This document shows, piece after piece, positions 15,011 through 25,200 of a DNA stretch of 32,836 nucleotides. Every line of letters starts with the position of its first letter. The stretch's first letter is position 1. Origin of the DNA: Candidatus Woesearchaeota archaeon (GTDB taxonomy: Archaea > Nanobdellota > Nanobdellia > Woesearchaeales > WJIZ01); assembly GCA_018221205.1 (NCBI GenBank), contig JAAOYF010000044.1:1-32836 (forward strand), in the 5' to 3' direction. The notes below the pieces were generated by a model, which saw only the letters and a list, made by a program, of their open reading frames with translations, was not told where the DNA came from and did not search any database. The position numbers and the translations under genes are program-made.

Positions 15011-17356
15011 CTATTGGAATTTAGAAAGGTCAGTCTGTTTATGCGGAGAGATAAGATCATCAAAGGTCTGATCCTGGAAGCTCAAGATGGAATCTGCTAT
15101 AGGCTTCAATTGCTTCTCTATATAATGAGCGTAATCAAGTTTTGAGGTCTGCTTTTCCAAAGGTTCTGGACCGTTGATGGTTATCACATACTCGATTATT
15201 CCAGGCAGCTCTCTTCCCAATAATCTGGCTGCCTTGATATGTGGAGGGGTGGTCTTGACATACTGGGAGACGCCTTTCCTGATCGCTTTTTTGTATACTA
15301 AGAGATTATCCATCTTGCCGTTTTTCAGCTCAGCCACAAAATTACGTACATAGGCTTCAACTGGCTTGTCATGGAAGATATGATCCAACAATTCCATCTG
15401 GAATTTCTTTGAGAGATCGGTCCAGTCGCGTCTTACAAATTCCAGACCCACTATCTGTATCTTCTCTTTCTCTCCTTTCTTGATCATGCCTGCGTATCTT
15501 TTTTTGGCGCCAGATTCTGAGCCCCTTACTTTGGGCATGAGGAACTTGAAGAATGACTTCTCGAATTCCAACTCCAAGAAGGATGTCCTGCCAAATGCCT
15601 CTTTCACATAGTTCTGATAGAAGTTATTGATATGGGACTTCAGCTCTGTCCCTATCCTGTTCGCTTTTTCCGGATCAGCTGTATTGACGAAAATAGAATC
15701 AGTATCGCCATAGATGACTTCATAGCCTTTCTCCTGGATCTTTTCAGCTGATAATTTAATAAGGAACTGGCCGAAATGGGTTATGGCATTGGCCATCTCT
15801 ATAGAATAGAACCTGCATGTCGGGTTTGCTAGCACGCCGAAGAAGGAATTCATCAGTATCTTTATGGCCTGACTTCCTAGATTATCCTTTCTTTTTTTCG
15901 CCAAATCCCTTTGCTCCCATAATCGATTGATAAGTACAGGCAGGATGCCCTCTTCATTCTTGAAATGCGCCTGATTCGGCGACTCAATCAGATCCTCTTT
16001 CTCCTTTTCAGAGAGGGTCTTGTATATTTCCTGAGGAACAAAACTGTAAGGGTCAATATTGAATGTTCGGATGATGCTTGGATACAGGCTCTTGAAATCT
16101 AAAACGATGATGCCGTTATAGATTCCGGGCTTTGACTGCATGACAAAGCCTCCTTTTATCCGTTCATCACGCTCATTGACAAAGGCTGTCGGTGCAACTA
16201 ATTTTCTCTCTAATAATTCTCCTAAATATAATGAGTCTAGCGAAGCTATGCTTGCATTCACCCTATCCAGCTGCATCCTGGTGAGGATGCTCCTTCGTAT
16301 GGAAAGGTCGAGAGTATTGGATTTTATGATTATCTCATATGCCAATCGTGCATCCTGCAGGTTGTAATCGACCAATTTTTGTGGGTCTTCATGATAGATG
16401 TTCTCTATGACCTTATGGCGATCCGGCCCGGCGATGAGCTTCTCTTCTCCTAAGATGGTCTTAGCAGCTGTATTGAGCTTGTAATCATCCAATCTTAAGA
16501 AAGAGACTTTCATCAGATGGATGCCGTCAATAACAGCGCGGCCAGGAAAGTTAGCAGAGGAATCAATGAAAAATGAGTCTGTCAGCCTCAGGGTGCATTC
16601 GCGATCGGATCTCCCCAACACAAAAGGGAGATTGTACTTTCGGAAAAGATCTCTGATCAATTTGAAATCAAAATCAATGACATTCCAGCCTGTGATGACA
16701 TCAGGGTCTTCCTTGAGGACGATATTCTTGAATTCTTCGAGCACCTCTTTCTCTGTTGCGAAAGAATCTGCACCATCATACTTCTTATCATTTACCAGAA
16801 GGACTTTCTTGATATTTTTTGAGTATATCCCCAGCGCGTAGAGCTTCTTGTTATCCATGCTTGTCTCTATATCTAGAGAGAGTATATTCAGCTCAGGCCA
16901 GAATTCGGTCGGTCTGATTTCTGGATTAAGAAAGACTTTATCGACGAAGAAGCCTTCTTCTTTTTGCGCTTTCCCTTCAATCTCCATGCATGCCTTTATC
17001 TTATGATCTATCATAAATCTGTATGAGAACCTGATATCTGCCTCAAAACAGGTGATATGGTTGTCCAGGAATATCTTTTTCAATTCAGGGACTTCTTTCG
17101 GCACTGTCAACGTGACTCTAGAGACAGGCTCGTCATTGAAATTATGGAAATCTGAATCATCTACTTCTATGTTCTTCAGATCCAGGCTCTTTATGAGATC
17201 CTGGGCTTTTGACGCATCTGTCTTCTTTACCCAGAAATAAGGACGGAAATCACTTATCGTGACAAAGGATTCTCCATTCTCTAATCTACCGAAGAGCATG
17301 ACTTGGGCCTTGCTTCCATCAACCCTATACGTCGGATAGACGATGAATCCTTTCAT
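15011..17356 (-). CDS. polB: Family B DNA polymerase (DNA polymerase II-like) with intact 3'-5' exonuclease
   Basis: Exo motifs LDIET, GWNVIDFD, YNLQD; polymerase motifs DFKSLYPSII, KILMNSFFG, YGDTDS, KKRYAG; C-terminal QTDLSKF. Confidence 0.96.
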   Translation of the reverse strand: MKGFIVYPTYRVDGSKAQVMLFGRLENGESFVTISDFRPYFWVKKTDASKAQDLIKSLDLKNIEVDDSDFHNFNDEPVSRVTLTVPKEVPELKKIFLDNHITCFEADIRFSYRFMIDHKIKACMEIEGKAQKEEGFFVDKVFLNPEIRPTEFWPELNILSLDIETSMDNKKLYALGIYSKNIKKVLLVNDKKYDGADSFATEKEVLEEFKNIVLKEDPDVITGWNVIDFDFKLIRDLFRKYNLPFVLGRSDRECTLRLTDSFFIDSSANFPGRAVIDGIHLMKVSFLRLDDYKLNTAAKTILGEEKLIAGPDRHKVIENIYHEDPQKLVDYNLQDARLAYEIIIKSNTLDLSIRRSILTRMQLDRVNASIASLDSLYLGELLERKLVAPTAFVNERDERIKGGFVMQSKPGIYNGIIVLDFKSLYPSIIRTFNIDPYSFVPQEIYKTLSEKEKEDLIESPNQAHFKNEEGILPVLINRLWEQRDLAKKRKDNLGSQAIKILMNSFFGVLANPTCRFYSIEMANAITHFGQFLIKLSAEKIQEKGYEVIYGDTDSIFVNTADPEKANRIGTELKSHINNFYQNYVKEAFGRTSFLELEFEKSFFKFLMPKVRGSESGAKKRYAGMIKKGEKEKIQIVGLEFVRRDWTDLSKKFQMELLDHIFHDKPVEAYVRNFVAELKNGKMDNLLVYKKAIRKGVSQYVKTTPPHIKAARLLGRELPGIIEYVITINGPEPLEKQTSKLDYAHYIEKQLKPIADSILSFQDQTFDDLISPHKQTDLSKFQ

Positions 17357-17468
17357 GGTGATAAGAAAGAAGAGTGTATTTTTAATATTTTGGCTTATTT
17401 CTTTGCCATTGCACTTTCTTGCTTCAGCAGCCTTTTTCGCGCTCGATCTGCTCGACAGATGCCAGATG

Positions 17469-18812
17469 TTAAGGCCAAGTGGAGTTAATCAGCTTTCCCA
17501 CCTGATCCACGATGGTTGCATTGGTGGCATTCTGCAGCTGCAGGACATAGAGCGCGGGAGAGATGTTAAAGAGCCCACTTAACGTAGATTCTCCTGCAGA
17601 GACGTAATTGAACGCCCATCGTTTATTGTTATAGACTGCAAACTTATCAAAGACACCACTGAATTCATCTCCATTGAGATTCTTTGCAGAGACCTTCTGG
17701 CTGTCATAGATAGTTGCAGATCCTCCTATTTCGCTTCTTATGATGCCAAGCTCAATGGAATAATCTCCATCAGATTCGGAAGCACCCCCTATCTGCATGA
17801 GCAGTGCGCCTGAAGAGCTGCTCAGATTCTCTATTCCTGTTGAGGACTTGCATCCTATGTAGACATTATGCTGGCCTGGCGTCGGCAGCTCATCAGCCGG
17901 ATCGAGAGTGCAGGTATGGCTTGTCGTTCCTTGTCCTGAACATGTCCCGTTTCGTGCAGCGCCCATATCAGTGTAGTTCAGATTTTCATCCCCCATTCTA
18001 CACCAGGCGTTGATATCAGAAGAAAATGTGAAAGTGGGTGTGGTGTCTAAGGTATAATAGGGCGATTCGTTGTCACCGCCACAGGAAGTGCAAGTGAATC
18101 CAGAAAGGATTGGCGGATTGTTACCAGTAAAAGGCCTGTCTTCTGTGCTCACCCAGAAATCATCTATATAATAATGGAAATTGTCACGCGGGTAGAAGTC
18201 TATCGTGCTGAATGCGATCGTACCGTACCCTGAAAAAGTATAACAAAGTTCACCATCTTGATAAAAGAGCGCATCATTTTCTGTGATATTAAAGGTCATG
18301 TTCTTCCATGCGGAAGCAGTGAACGTATCTGCAGAACAGGAATATGCCCCGGCATCATCGGCAGGGCGCCAGTCTTGGCCTGTTGGACCGTATATCCCTA
18401 TATAGGACCCATTCGCAGCATTTAGTCGTATTGATATATATTTAGATGCCGATGTAGCCATTATACTCCAATGGGCAACACCCTTGAAGATGGAACTGTT
18501 GAGATTAGCCTTTATGTACTGTCCCTTCGAAGATGCTCCAGGATAGATATCAATGCTCTTATTATGCCTATAGACAGTGCCAGTCGTATAGGTTGCCGTT
18601 CCTTCATCAAGCGTGTATATCCATCCATAGTCATCAAGATGCTCTCCATTCGATGGTGTTGAGCTGTTCAATGCCGCATCGCCATCCAATCCGTCAGTGA
18701 CATAGTACTGGCCGTTGAAGTGATAGTCTTCCAGGTCATAAGAGAAGTCAAGAGCAATGCTGAAGGAGCTGAGCACTATCACTAAACAAGCAAAGAGGAG
18801 TGTTCGTTTCAT
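17469..18812 (-). CDS. Secreted beta-rich protein (possible lectin/LamG-like domain, Ig-like domain, C-terminal domain)
   Basis: Signal peptide; LFYQDGEL and IDDFWV strands; NPPILS...DTTPTFTF...HTCTL...VYIGC; domain names are tentative. Confidence 0.7.
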   Translation of the reverse strand: MKRTLLFACLVIVLSSFSIALDFSYDLEDYHFNGQYYVTDGLDGDAALNSSTPSNGEHLDDYGWIYTLDEGTATYTTGTVYRHNKSIDIYPGASSKGQYIKANLNSSIFKGVAHWSIMATSASKYISIRLNAANGSYIGIYGPTGQDWRPADDAGAYSCSADTFTASAWKNMTFNITENDALFYQDGELCYTFSGYGTIAFSTIDFYPRDNFHYYIDDFWVSTEDRPFTGNNPPILSGFTCTSCGGDNESPYYTLDTTPTFTFSSDINAWCRMGDENLNYTDMGAARNGTCSGQGTTSHTCTLDPADELPTPGQHNVYIGCKSSTGIENLSSSSGALLMQIGGASESDGDYSIELGIIRSEIGGSATIYDSQKVSAKNLNGDEFSGVFDKFAVYNNKRWAFNYVSAGESTLSGLFNISPALYVLQLQNATNATIVDQVGKLINSTWP

Positions 18813-19402
18813 TTTAGCTCCTCCACTTCCAGCTTTTCCAGGAAGAAGCTTTCATCTTCTTCAGTGAACTCATACTGAGAATTCTTCACAAGCCTCGTCA
18901 CACCCTCTTTTGTTATCCTGAACTGGATGCACGACTCTCCCGGCTTGCATATGCCGTTGTTGTCGCCATCATATTTTGAATCGCAGGTTATGATTGCTGC
19001 TTCTCCATCTGCTTCATAGCTGCATTTCCCCCAATCTCCATAGTTAAGATTGTAATTCTTTATCGATACATCCTCAACGCTGATTGCAAACTCTTTCTCT
19101 TTACATTCTTCCCTGCTTTTCTGGACCGTATTTGTTCCCGTCCTGCAGGTGTAGGTGTAGTTCTTATCTTGCATGGAACACGACTTGTTCAATGGCTCGT
19201 CGTCGCATATTGGTATCTCGGCACTGGCGATACACGTGCCATATATTGGCTGTTCCTCCTGCCAGGTTAACGTTTTGCATTCCTTCTTCTCTTCCAAGCT
19301 TATATCCTGGGTTACCTCTACTTTGGATGTTTTCATGGCGCTATAGACCACTAGCGATGCAATCGCCAAGACAGCAACAATGATTACAATGTTTTTTTTC
19401 AT
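18809..19402 (-). CDS. Exported Cys-rich protein
   Basis: N-terminal hydrophobic segment, ten Cys, DSKYDGDNNG loop; stop overlaps the next start (ATGA). Confidence 0.75.
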   Translation of the reverse strand: MKKNIVIIVAVLAIASLVVYSAMKTSKVEVTQDISLEEKKECKTLTWQEEQPIYGTCIASAEIPICDDEPLNKSCSMQDKNYTYTCRTGTNTVQKSREECKEKEFAISVEDVSIKNYNLNYGDWGKCSYEADGEAAIITCDSKYDGDNNGICKPGESCIQFRITKEGVTRLVKNSQYEFTEEDESFFLEKLEVEELK

Positions 19403-19416
19403 GTTATCACCTTGTT

Positions 19417-21753
19417 TTATGGTACCATAATAGTTATATTGGTTGAGTCTGATAAGGTGCCGTTGAAGGCAGTGGCATTAATGCCAAAGGTTCCTCCGGT
19501 GCTGAAGTTATGCTTGGCATAGACAAACGCAGTCTCATTCGGCCCCAAAGCGAATATGGTTGAGCTGTTGATAAGGCCGTCGCTGGTATCGATTGTCCAG
19601 GAGACATTGGAAAGATTGATGGTGAGGGTGTTGGTGATGTAAAATTCGAAGATTGTCTCCCTGTCAGTGAGGTTAAGGAGCTGAAGGTCGCTTGCCTGAA
19701 TATCTAGGAGTTCGATAGGCAGGATCCAGGTGTCAAGATACAGACCGTTTGTTGTAGAGAAATTCACCTTGTAATCCCCTGTCTGAGAGTAACCATGCTC
19801 CGTGTAGATGAAGGCAGTCTCATTCGGTGCAAGGGAAAGGAGATTATCAGCACTTGCAACCTGCCCATCACCTGTATTGATGCTCCAGTTGATGCCAGTC
19901 AGATTCGAGAAGGCGTTGTCATTCCTGATCTTGGCTTCAAAAACAACGTTCTTGTTCACTGTTGAAATAAGCTCGAAAGAGTCTATCTGCAGATCGCCCA
20001 CATGCACTTGTAGGGTCTTATTAGCACTAAGATTATTCCCGAAAGCATAGACAATCGCCTCAAAAGAGCCTATTGAGGAGTAATTATGTTGCACATACAC
20101 GAAGAGATCCTCTCCGGCAGTTAGATTTACTGGAGTAGTGTTGTTAAGTGAATTGCCATCCCCGAGATCAATGGTCCAGTTTATGTTGTCTAAAATAACT
20201 TGTCCATTATTTTTTATGATGAATTCAAACACTCTCTCGAAATCATTAGCATAGATCTTGCTGAAAGAGGAAACGGTTAATGAAGGAAGTGCCTCTTTCG
20301 CATTGGTGACTATATTGTTTGATTCATCAGCCTCATCAACGAAATTGTCGAAGTCAACGATGGCTGTGAAGAGTGACTCATTTATCGTCTCTTCTGCATT
20401 GAATGAGAACGTCTTGGACTCATTGACGTCGAGGAAGGAGACAGAGGACTGGTTTTCATAGCTTGCATTGTCAAACACATCAACGAAGATGTTGAAAGCA
20501 GGCGCTTCTCCTGTGTTGTTGATAACAATGCTGACATTCGTGACGTTCGTGGTTTCGTTAAAGGTTGTGTTAATGCTGATGATGAGATCAGGTAATGGGG
20601 ACCGCTCAAAATCAGTGTAATATGTAATATTTGTCGTATGGGCATCAAAGACAATGTCCTTTGTTTGATTTCCTATAGACAGTTTGGCAAATGAAAGGAT
20701 AAATTCCCCGTTGTAATAAGTTGAATAGATATCTTTTCCTTCTATTTCTATATCTACAATTTGCAATCCTGTACTGAGAGTCTCGTTTTTAGCGAGAGAT
20801 GCGATAAAGTTGTTGTCAAGATCATAGAGGGCAGCTTCTAGAGTATAATCATCAGCAGATTTTACATTGATAGTAAAATTAAATCTGAAAATATCAGAGA
20901 GGTTGTTTGAGTTGTTGTCTATTTGACTGCTTTCGATTGACTTGATGTAGGAGGTTTTAGCAAAATCTTCATAGTTGTAGGAGAAAGTGTTATGCGAGAA
21001 TTCTATGATTTTATTCCCAATTTGAACACTTTCAACACTTAATGTGCCATTAAAATGAGTTGACTTTATCGTTTCATTATCAAAATCAATGGAGACAACC
21101 TGAGCCGGACTTGAAAGTGTTGTTTCCTTTGTAGCAGAGATAATAGAATCATTATATTCCAGATTTACTGAAATATTCACTGTTTCGTTCTTTGTCACGT
21201 CTAAAGATACATTAATCCTGATAAGAGCATTGTTCACATTTTCATCAGACAGAGCAGTTATATTCGTTCCCGTTTCATAATCTGCATAAGTCGAGGTATT
21301 GTATTTTCTGCTTTCATAGACGATCTGCCCGATTTCATTATAGATTCGCGCGTAATACGCATATTGGGACTGCGAGAGGAAAAAAGTGCTGATATTCATG
21401 ATAAAAGACGGATTTGTAGAGGAAATACTCCTCGTGTCAGAGACAATAGGCAGATCTTCATCTTCAAAGAAGATGTTGGCCGTAAAATTCGCTGATGTGC
21501 TATAATCCGTTGTTAGGTTGAAGATAATGGTATCATTCTGGCCATTTGAATCAGAGTCAACGATGGTATCTGCAAAAGAGGTTATATTAATCGTCCCATC
21601 ATAGAATGATGTGTCAAGATTCGAAACATAATCTTCGAGAGTGAGAGCAGACGCAAATGATATTGCTAGAATGAAAATTAGCAAAGCTATACCTCCCTCA
21701 GTGTATTTATTAGGTAGGTTCAATGGATTCTCTTTCCTAATCTTTGTACTCAT
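19417..21753 (-). CDS. Secreted surface glycoprotein with Ig-like, CARDB and three PKD-like domains
   Basis: LPDL...NNTGEAPA...VDFDNFVDEADESNN (CARDB); three W(T/S)I(D/N)xxDG...H(N/G)(Y/F)S repeats; dense N-x-S/T sequons. Confidence 0.8.
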   Translation of the reverse strand: MSTKIRKENPLNLPNKYTEGGIALLIFILAISFASALTLEDYVSNLDTSFYDGTINITSFADTIVDSDSNGQNDTIIFNLTTDYSTSANFTANIFFEDEDLPIVSDTRSISSTNPSFIMNISTFFLSQSQYAYYARIYNEIGQIVYESRKYNTSTYADYETGTNITALSDENVNNALIRINVSLDVTKNETVNISVNLEYNDSIISATKETTLSSPAQVVSIDFDNETIKSTHFNGTLSVESVQIGNKIIEFSHNTFSYNYEDFAKTSYIKSIESSQIDNNSNNLSDIFRFNFTINVKSADDYTLEAALYDLDNNFIASLAKNETLSTGLQIVDIEIEGKDIYSTYYNGEFILSFAKLSIGNQTKDIVFDAHTTNITYYTDFERSPLPDLIISINTTFNETTNVTNVSIVINNTGEAPAFNIFVDVFDNASYENQSSVSFLDVNESKTFSFNAEETINESLFTAIVDFDNFVDEADESNNIVTNAKEALPSLTVSSFSKIYANDFERVFEFIIKNNGQVILDNINWTIDLGDGNSLNNTTPVNLTAGEDLFVYVQHNYSSIGSFEAIVYAFGNNLSANKTLQVHVGDLQIDSFELISTVNKNVVFEAKIRNDNAFSNLTGINWSINTGDGQVASADNLLSLAPNETAFIYTEHGYSQTGDYKVNFSTTNGLYLDTWILPIELLDIQASDLQLLNLTDRETIFEFYITNTLTINLSNVSWTIDTSDGLINSSTIFALGPNETAFVYAKHNFSTGGTFGINATAFNGTLSDSTNITIMVP

Positions 21754-21757
21754 TGTT

Positions 21758-22252
21758 TTATCCCCAACTTATTACAAAAAGATAAAATCCAAAAAATGTT
21801 GAAAAAATAAAAGTGATTATCAATAACAAAAGATAATATGCGACAGATGTTAATAGCATTTTTTTGTATGATCTTTTTTTATCTGTTAAATGGGATTTAT
21901 CAACAATAAAGTTAATAAAAACCGAGACAATAAAAGCAAGAAGAATAACAATGCTAATCGAATTGGATACCAAAATTCTATTTAAAGCTCCCATATGTAA
22001 AGCGAGGATAATAACAAACAAGAAAATAGAGGAACGCAAAAGTCCAGATGTAACTTTATCTCGATCATAAATTCTAAAATATATTTTTAAAATAAAATAC
22101 ATTAGAAGTGCATATAAAACAATGAAAAATATGAAAATCTTAAATATTTTAAAAGAATCAAAAATACGAGAATTCCAAACATAGCTAAAAGTTGTTACAA
22201 AAGTAAGAACGTATGACATTACAAATATATAGATAATTTTTAATCCCCTCAT
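21758..22252 (-). CDS. AT-rich multi-pass membrane protein, candidate immunity protein
   Basis: About five hydrophobic segments; ATGA overlap with the upstream stop; sampled 60-nt lines are 15-30% GC. Confidence 0.65.
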   Translation of the reverse strand: MRGLKIIYIFVMSYVLTFVTTFSYVWNSRIFDSFKIFKIFIFFIVLYALLMYFILKIYFRIYDRDKVTSGLLRSSIFLFVIILALHMGALNRILVSNSISIVILLAFIVSVFINFIVDKSHLTDKKRSYKKMLLTSVAYYLLLLIITFIFSTFFGFYLFVISWG

Positions 22253-25200
22253 TTTAACGCCTCCTTGACAGCAGAAATCACAGACTCATCTGAGATTAAA
22301 GCTACATGATTTATACCATAATTGATAAGATCCCACCAGTTACTTGTTATATTAGTCCCTGTTCCATAGCCAACTGAATCTAGAATTCTAGACTGGTCCT
22401 CTGCTCCCAATACTTTGTCATCAGGCTTTCCATTAAATAGGTAGAGTTCGCTTACATTTACGTTGCTGAGGTCAATTGAGGAGCTTTCATTTATTGCGAG
22501 CTCATTATAAAAATTCATCAAATTAGAAGAAATCTTTCCATCGTCCGGAAAAAAGTTTCCAATCGGATTCAGATATTTTGCGTAATCTTTCAAATTTAGG
22601 TGATACTTCTCATTTTTGCTTAACTGTTGCATCGCATAATCTCCTGCAATTTCTGCAATAATATGAGATGTTCTTCCTGCAGCAACAAGGGGACCTCTTG
22701 CTAGTGTAGTGAATAAAGTATCATCATTCAATGTAACAGGAATAGCAACACCCACGAAAATATCTATAGGATTTGCTTTTAAGTCCGCTGATTCATATTG
22801 GCCATTTGTCAGGTTAAAGAAATACCCGGCATCGCTCTTCCCGTTCGGATAATTGTGTAAAGAGCTTAAAGCCACCCTGCCTCCATTGGAATGACTGACA
22901 TAATCCATCGAATCTTTCCCTGTGTAGATTTGGACTCCACCTATTAATGCTGGCCAATAGTAATCGACTTGATCGTAATAAGTATAATTAGGGCATAGTT
23001 CACATTCTGTTGTGGGGCCACCACTCATTTCAATCTCCCAGACATCCCTTCCTTCATCAGCCAATTCTCGTGCCAATCCGTCATTGTTTTCCCAAGACAC
23101 TAGATTACTGAAAATTCCTCCGCTGAAAGTTACTGGTTTATCACTTTCTGAAATTGCGTCCTTAAAATCCTCACTGTAATCTGCATTCACATTTTTCAAT
23201 CGGAGAATAGTTTCTTCGCCGTAACTCGTTTCATTCAAGGTTTTCACTGTCCTGATAGCAACATCAAAAATATTGTCAAAAAGTATTTTGTTCACAACTG
23301 ACAAATACGCTGAAGAATTCTTCGCTACATTTCTAGGGAGTAAATTGTCAATCCCCAGGCCTAACCTATCGTAATCATCAAGAAATAAAGGATTCAAATA
23401 CGGAGAATCAAGATCAGAAAACATATTAGCCCGAGCTGAGATTAACTTTTTTATTGCAGCGATATCACCGTCTACATCAATTCCATATGCAAGAATCAAG
23501 GGTTTATTTTGAGTTACGTGAAGTGTTCTTCCTACTATTCCTGCATAACTTTTTTGTGCACGACGACCATAGCCAACTATCCTACTATTTTCATACCCCC
23601 AGATAGTGTACTGCACAGGCTTACCATCAATAATTAATGTATTCTGATTGTAATTTTTAAATTCACTTGTAAATCTCCCAACAGAAATTACTAATTCAGC
23701 CTCTCCTTCTGAAACCGAATCCACGTACTGTTCCAGGAAACCCTCAATCAATGAGTTAACATTAAGGTATGACGTGTTTATTGACAGATAGACCCTTGGC
23801 ACATTTTGAGATACAAGACGATAGACGAAATTATCGCTCTTTGACTCGTTGAACGCTCCAGCTTCGTCAATATAGACATTCAACGCAGAAGCGGAATTGA
23901 GATCCCAAGTCGTTGTCCCAGAAGCAGTCGAAAAGGAATCAATTGAAAGAAGCAAACTCTTTGTATCATCGATTAGACCCGTATCTCTATTCACTCTATG
24001 CAAGGATACGTTAACCGTACCATTAAGATCAGAAGAATGAATAGTAACATTAATCGTACTTCCCTTTACTGACACATCTTCATTAGTAAGCCAAAAGTTA
24101 GGATCTGCATCACAAGTTTTGATACAGTTTGAATCAACTACTGTGACAGTCTCCCCGTCATTGTTGACATAAACAGTTTCCGAATGGCAGAGTGTCTGGT
24201 TGTTGGAACAGATGACACTAACATTTATTCCGTTTCCGCAAACATTGGAAACTTCTTTCTGAATGAATTGTGAAACATCGGTTTGTCCTTCATGCACGCT
24301 ATTGACTTCAACATTCAAGTCGCTATTCGAGGTAACGATATTTAGCGTTCCATTGCATACTTCTCCTTGCGTTGCACTACATACTCCCCCCACGCAGAAA
24401 TGGCCTGTTAAGCAGTCATCATCTACTGAACATGAAAATCCGTCTTTTGTCCGGCAAACATCATTAGCGCCGCCATCACTTGTCTCGTATTGGTAGCTTT
24501 CATCGGTGACCACTACTCCTGCACGATAAGGATCACATTGCTCACTTGAATCACAACTTAAGTCTTGAACATTTATCCAAAAATTGGAGTTGAATCTTCC
24601 TCTGACTCGCCATGTTGAATTTGTAAGACAGGATGAATTAAGTGCATCAATTATATATAAGCTATCATAGTCATCATCATCCTCATTGCCTGCATCCCCA
24701 CAATCCCAGAAAGCTATTACTCCAAAATACCTTTTTGTACTGTCGTCAAGGAGACTATTCGGATAGTCATGAGAATCTTCCACCCCTGTATCGCTACAGT
24801 CTGAAGGGTTAGAATCACAGAAATCTGCTAGGTCCCCATCCCCACTTGAACAAGCGCCAATGCTTCCGGTTCCGTTCCCCCAACATTTATCGAACTCGAA
24901 TGGGATTACGTAAGTATCAGAGGAATCAAATGAATAGCATGCAACTTGAAGTTCATCTTCTACACATTCATCACATTCAAAATCAACATCACCATCTACC
25001 CAGACTACCCCATCTCCTGCATTTCCATAGTTTGTGTAATCGTCCTCAGCATCCAAATGGATTTCTGTGAACAAGAAAACAATAGAACCGCTCTCGCCAA
25101 CGTAAATCGTTTGGTTTATGATCTCTTCAAGGTATTTTACAATCTGGTAGTATCCTTCCATGAACTCTACATCGTCAATCGTTCCTGTCCCATTCAGCCA

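Noticed and set aside
18706..18716. Reverse-strand partial match to the islet repeat (ACTGGCCGT)
   Set aside because: Inside a coding region (NGQY codons), opposite orientation and only 9 nt; probably chance
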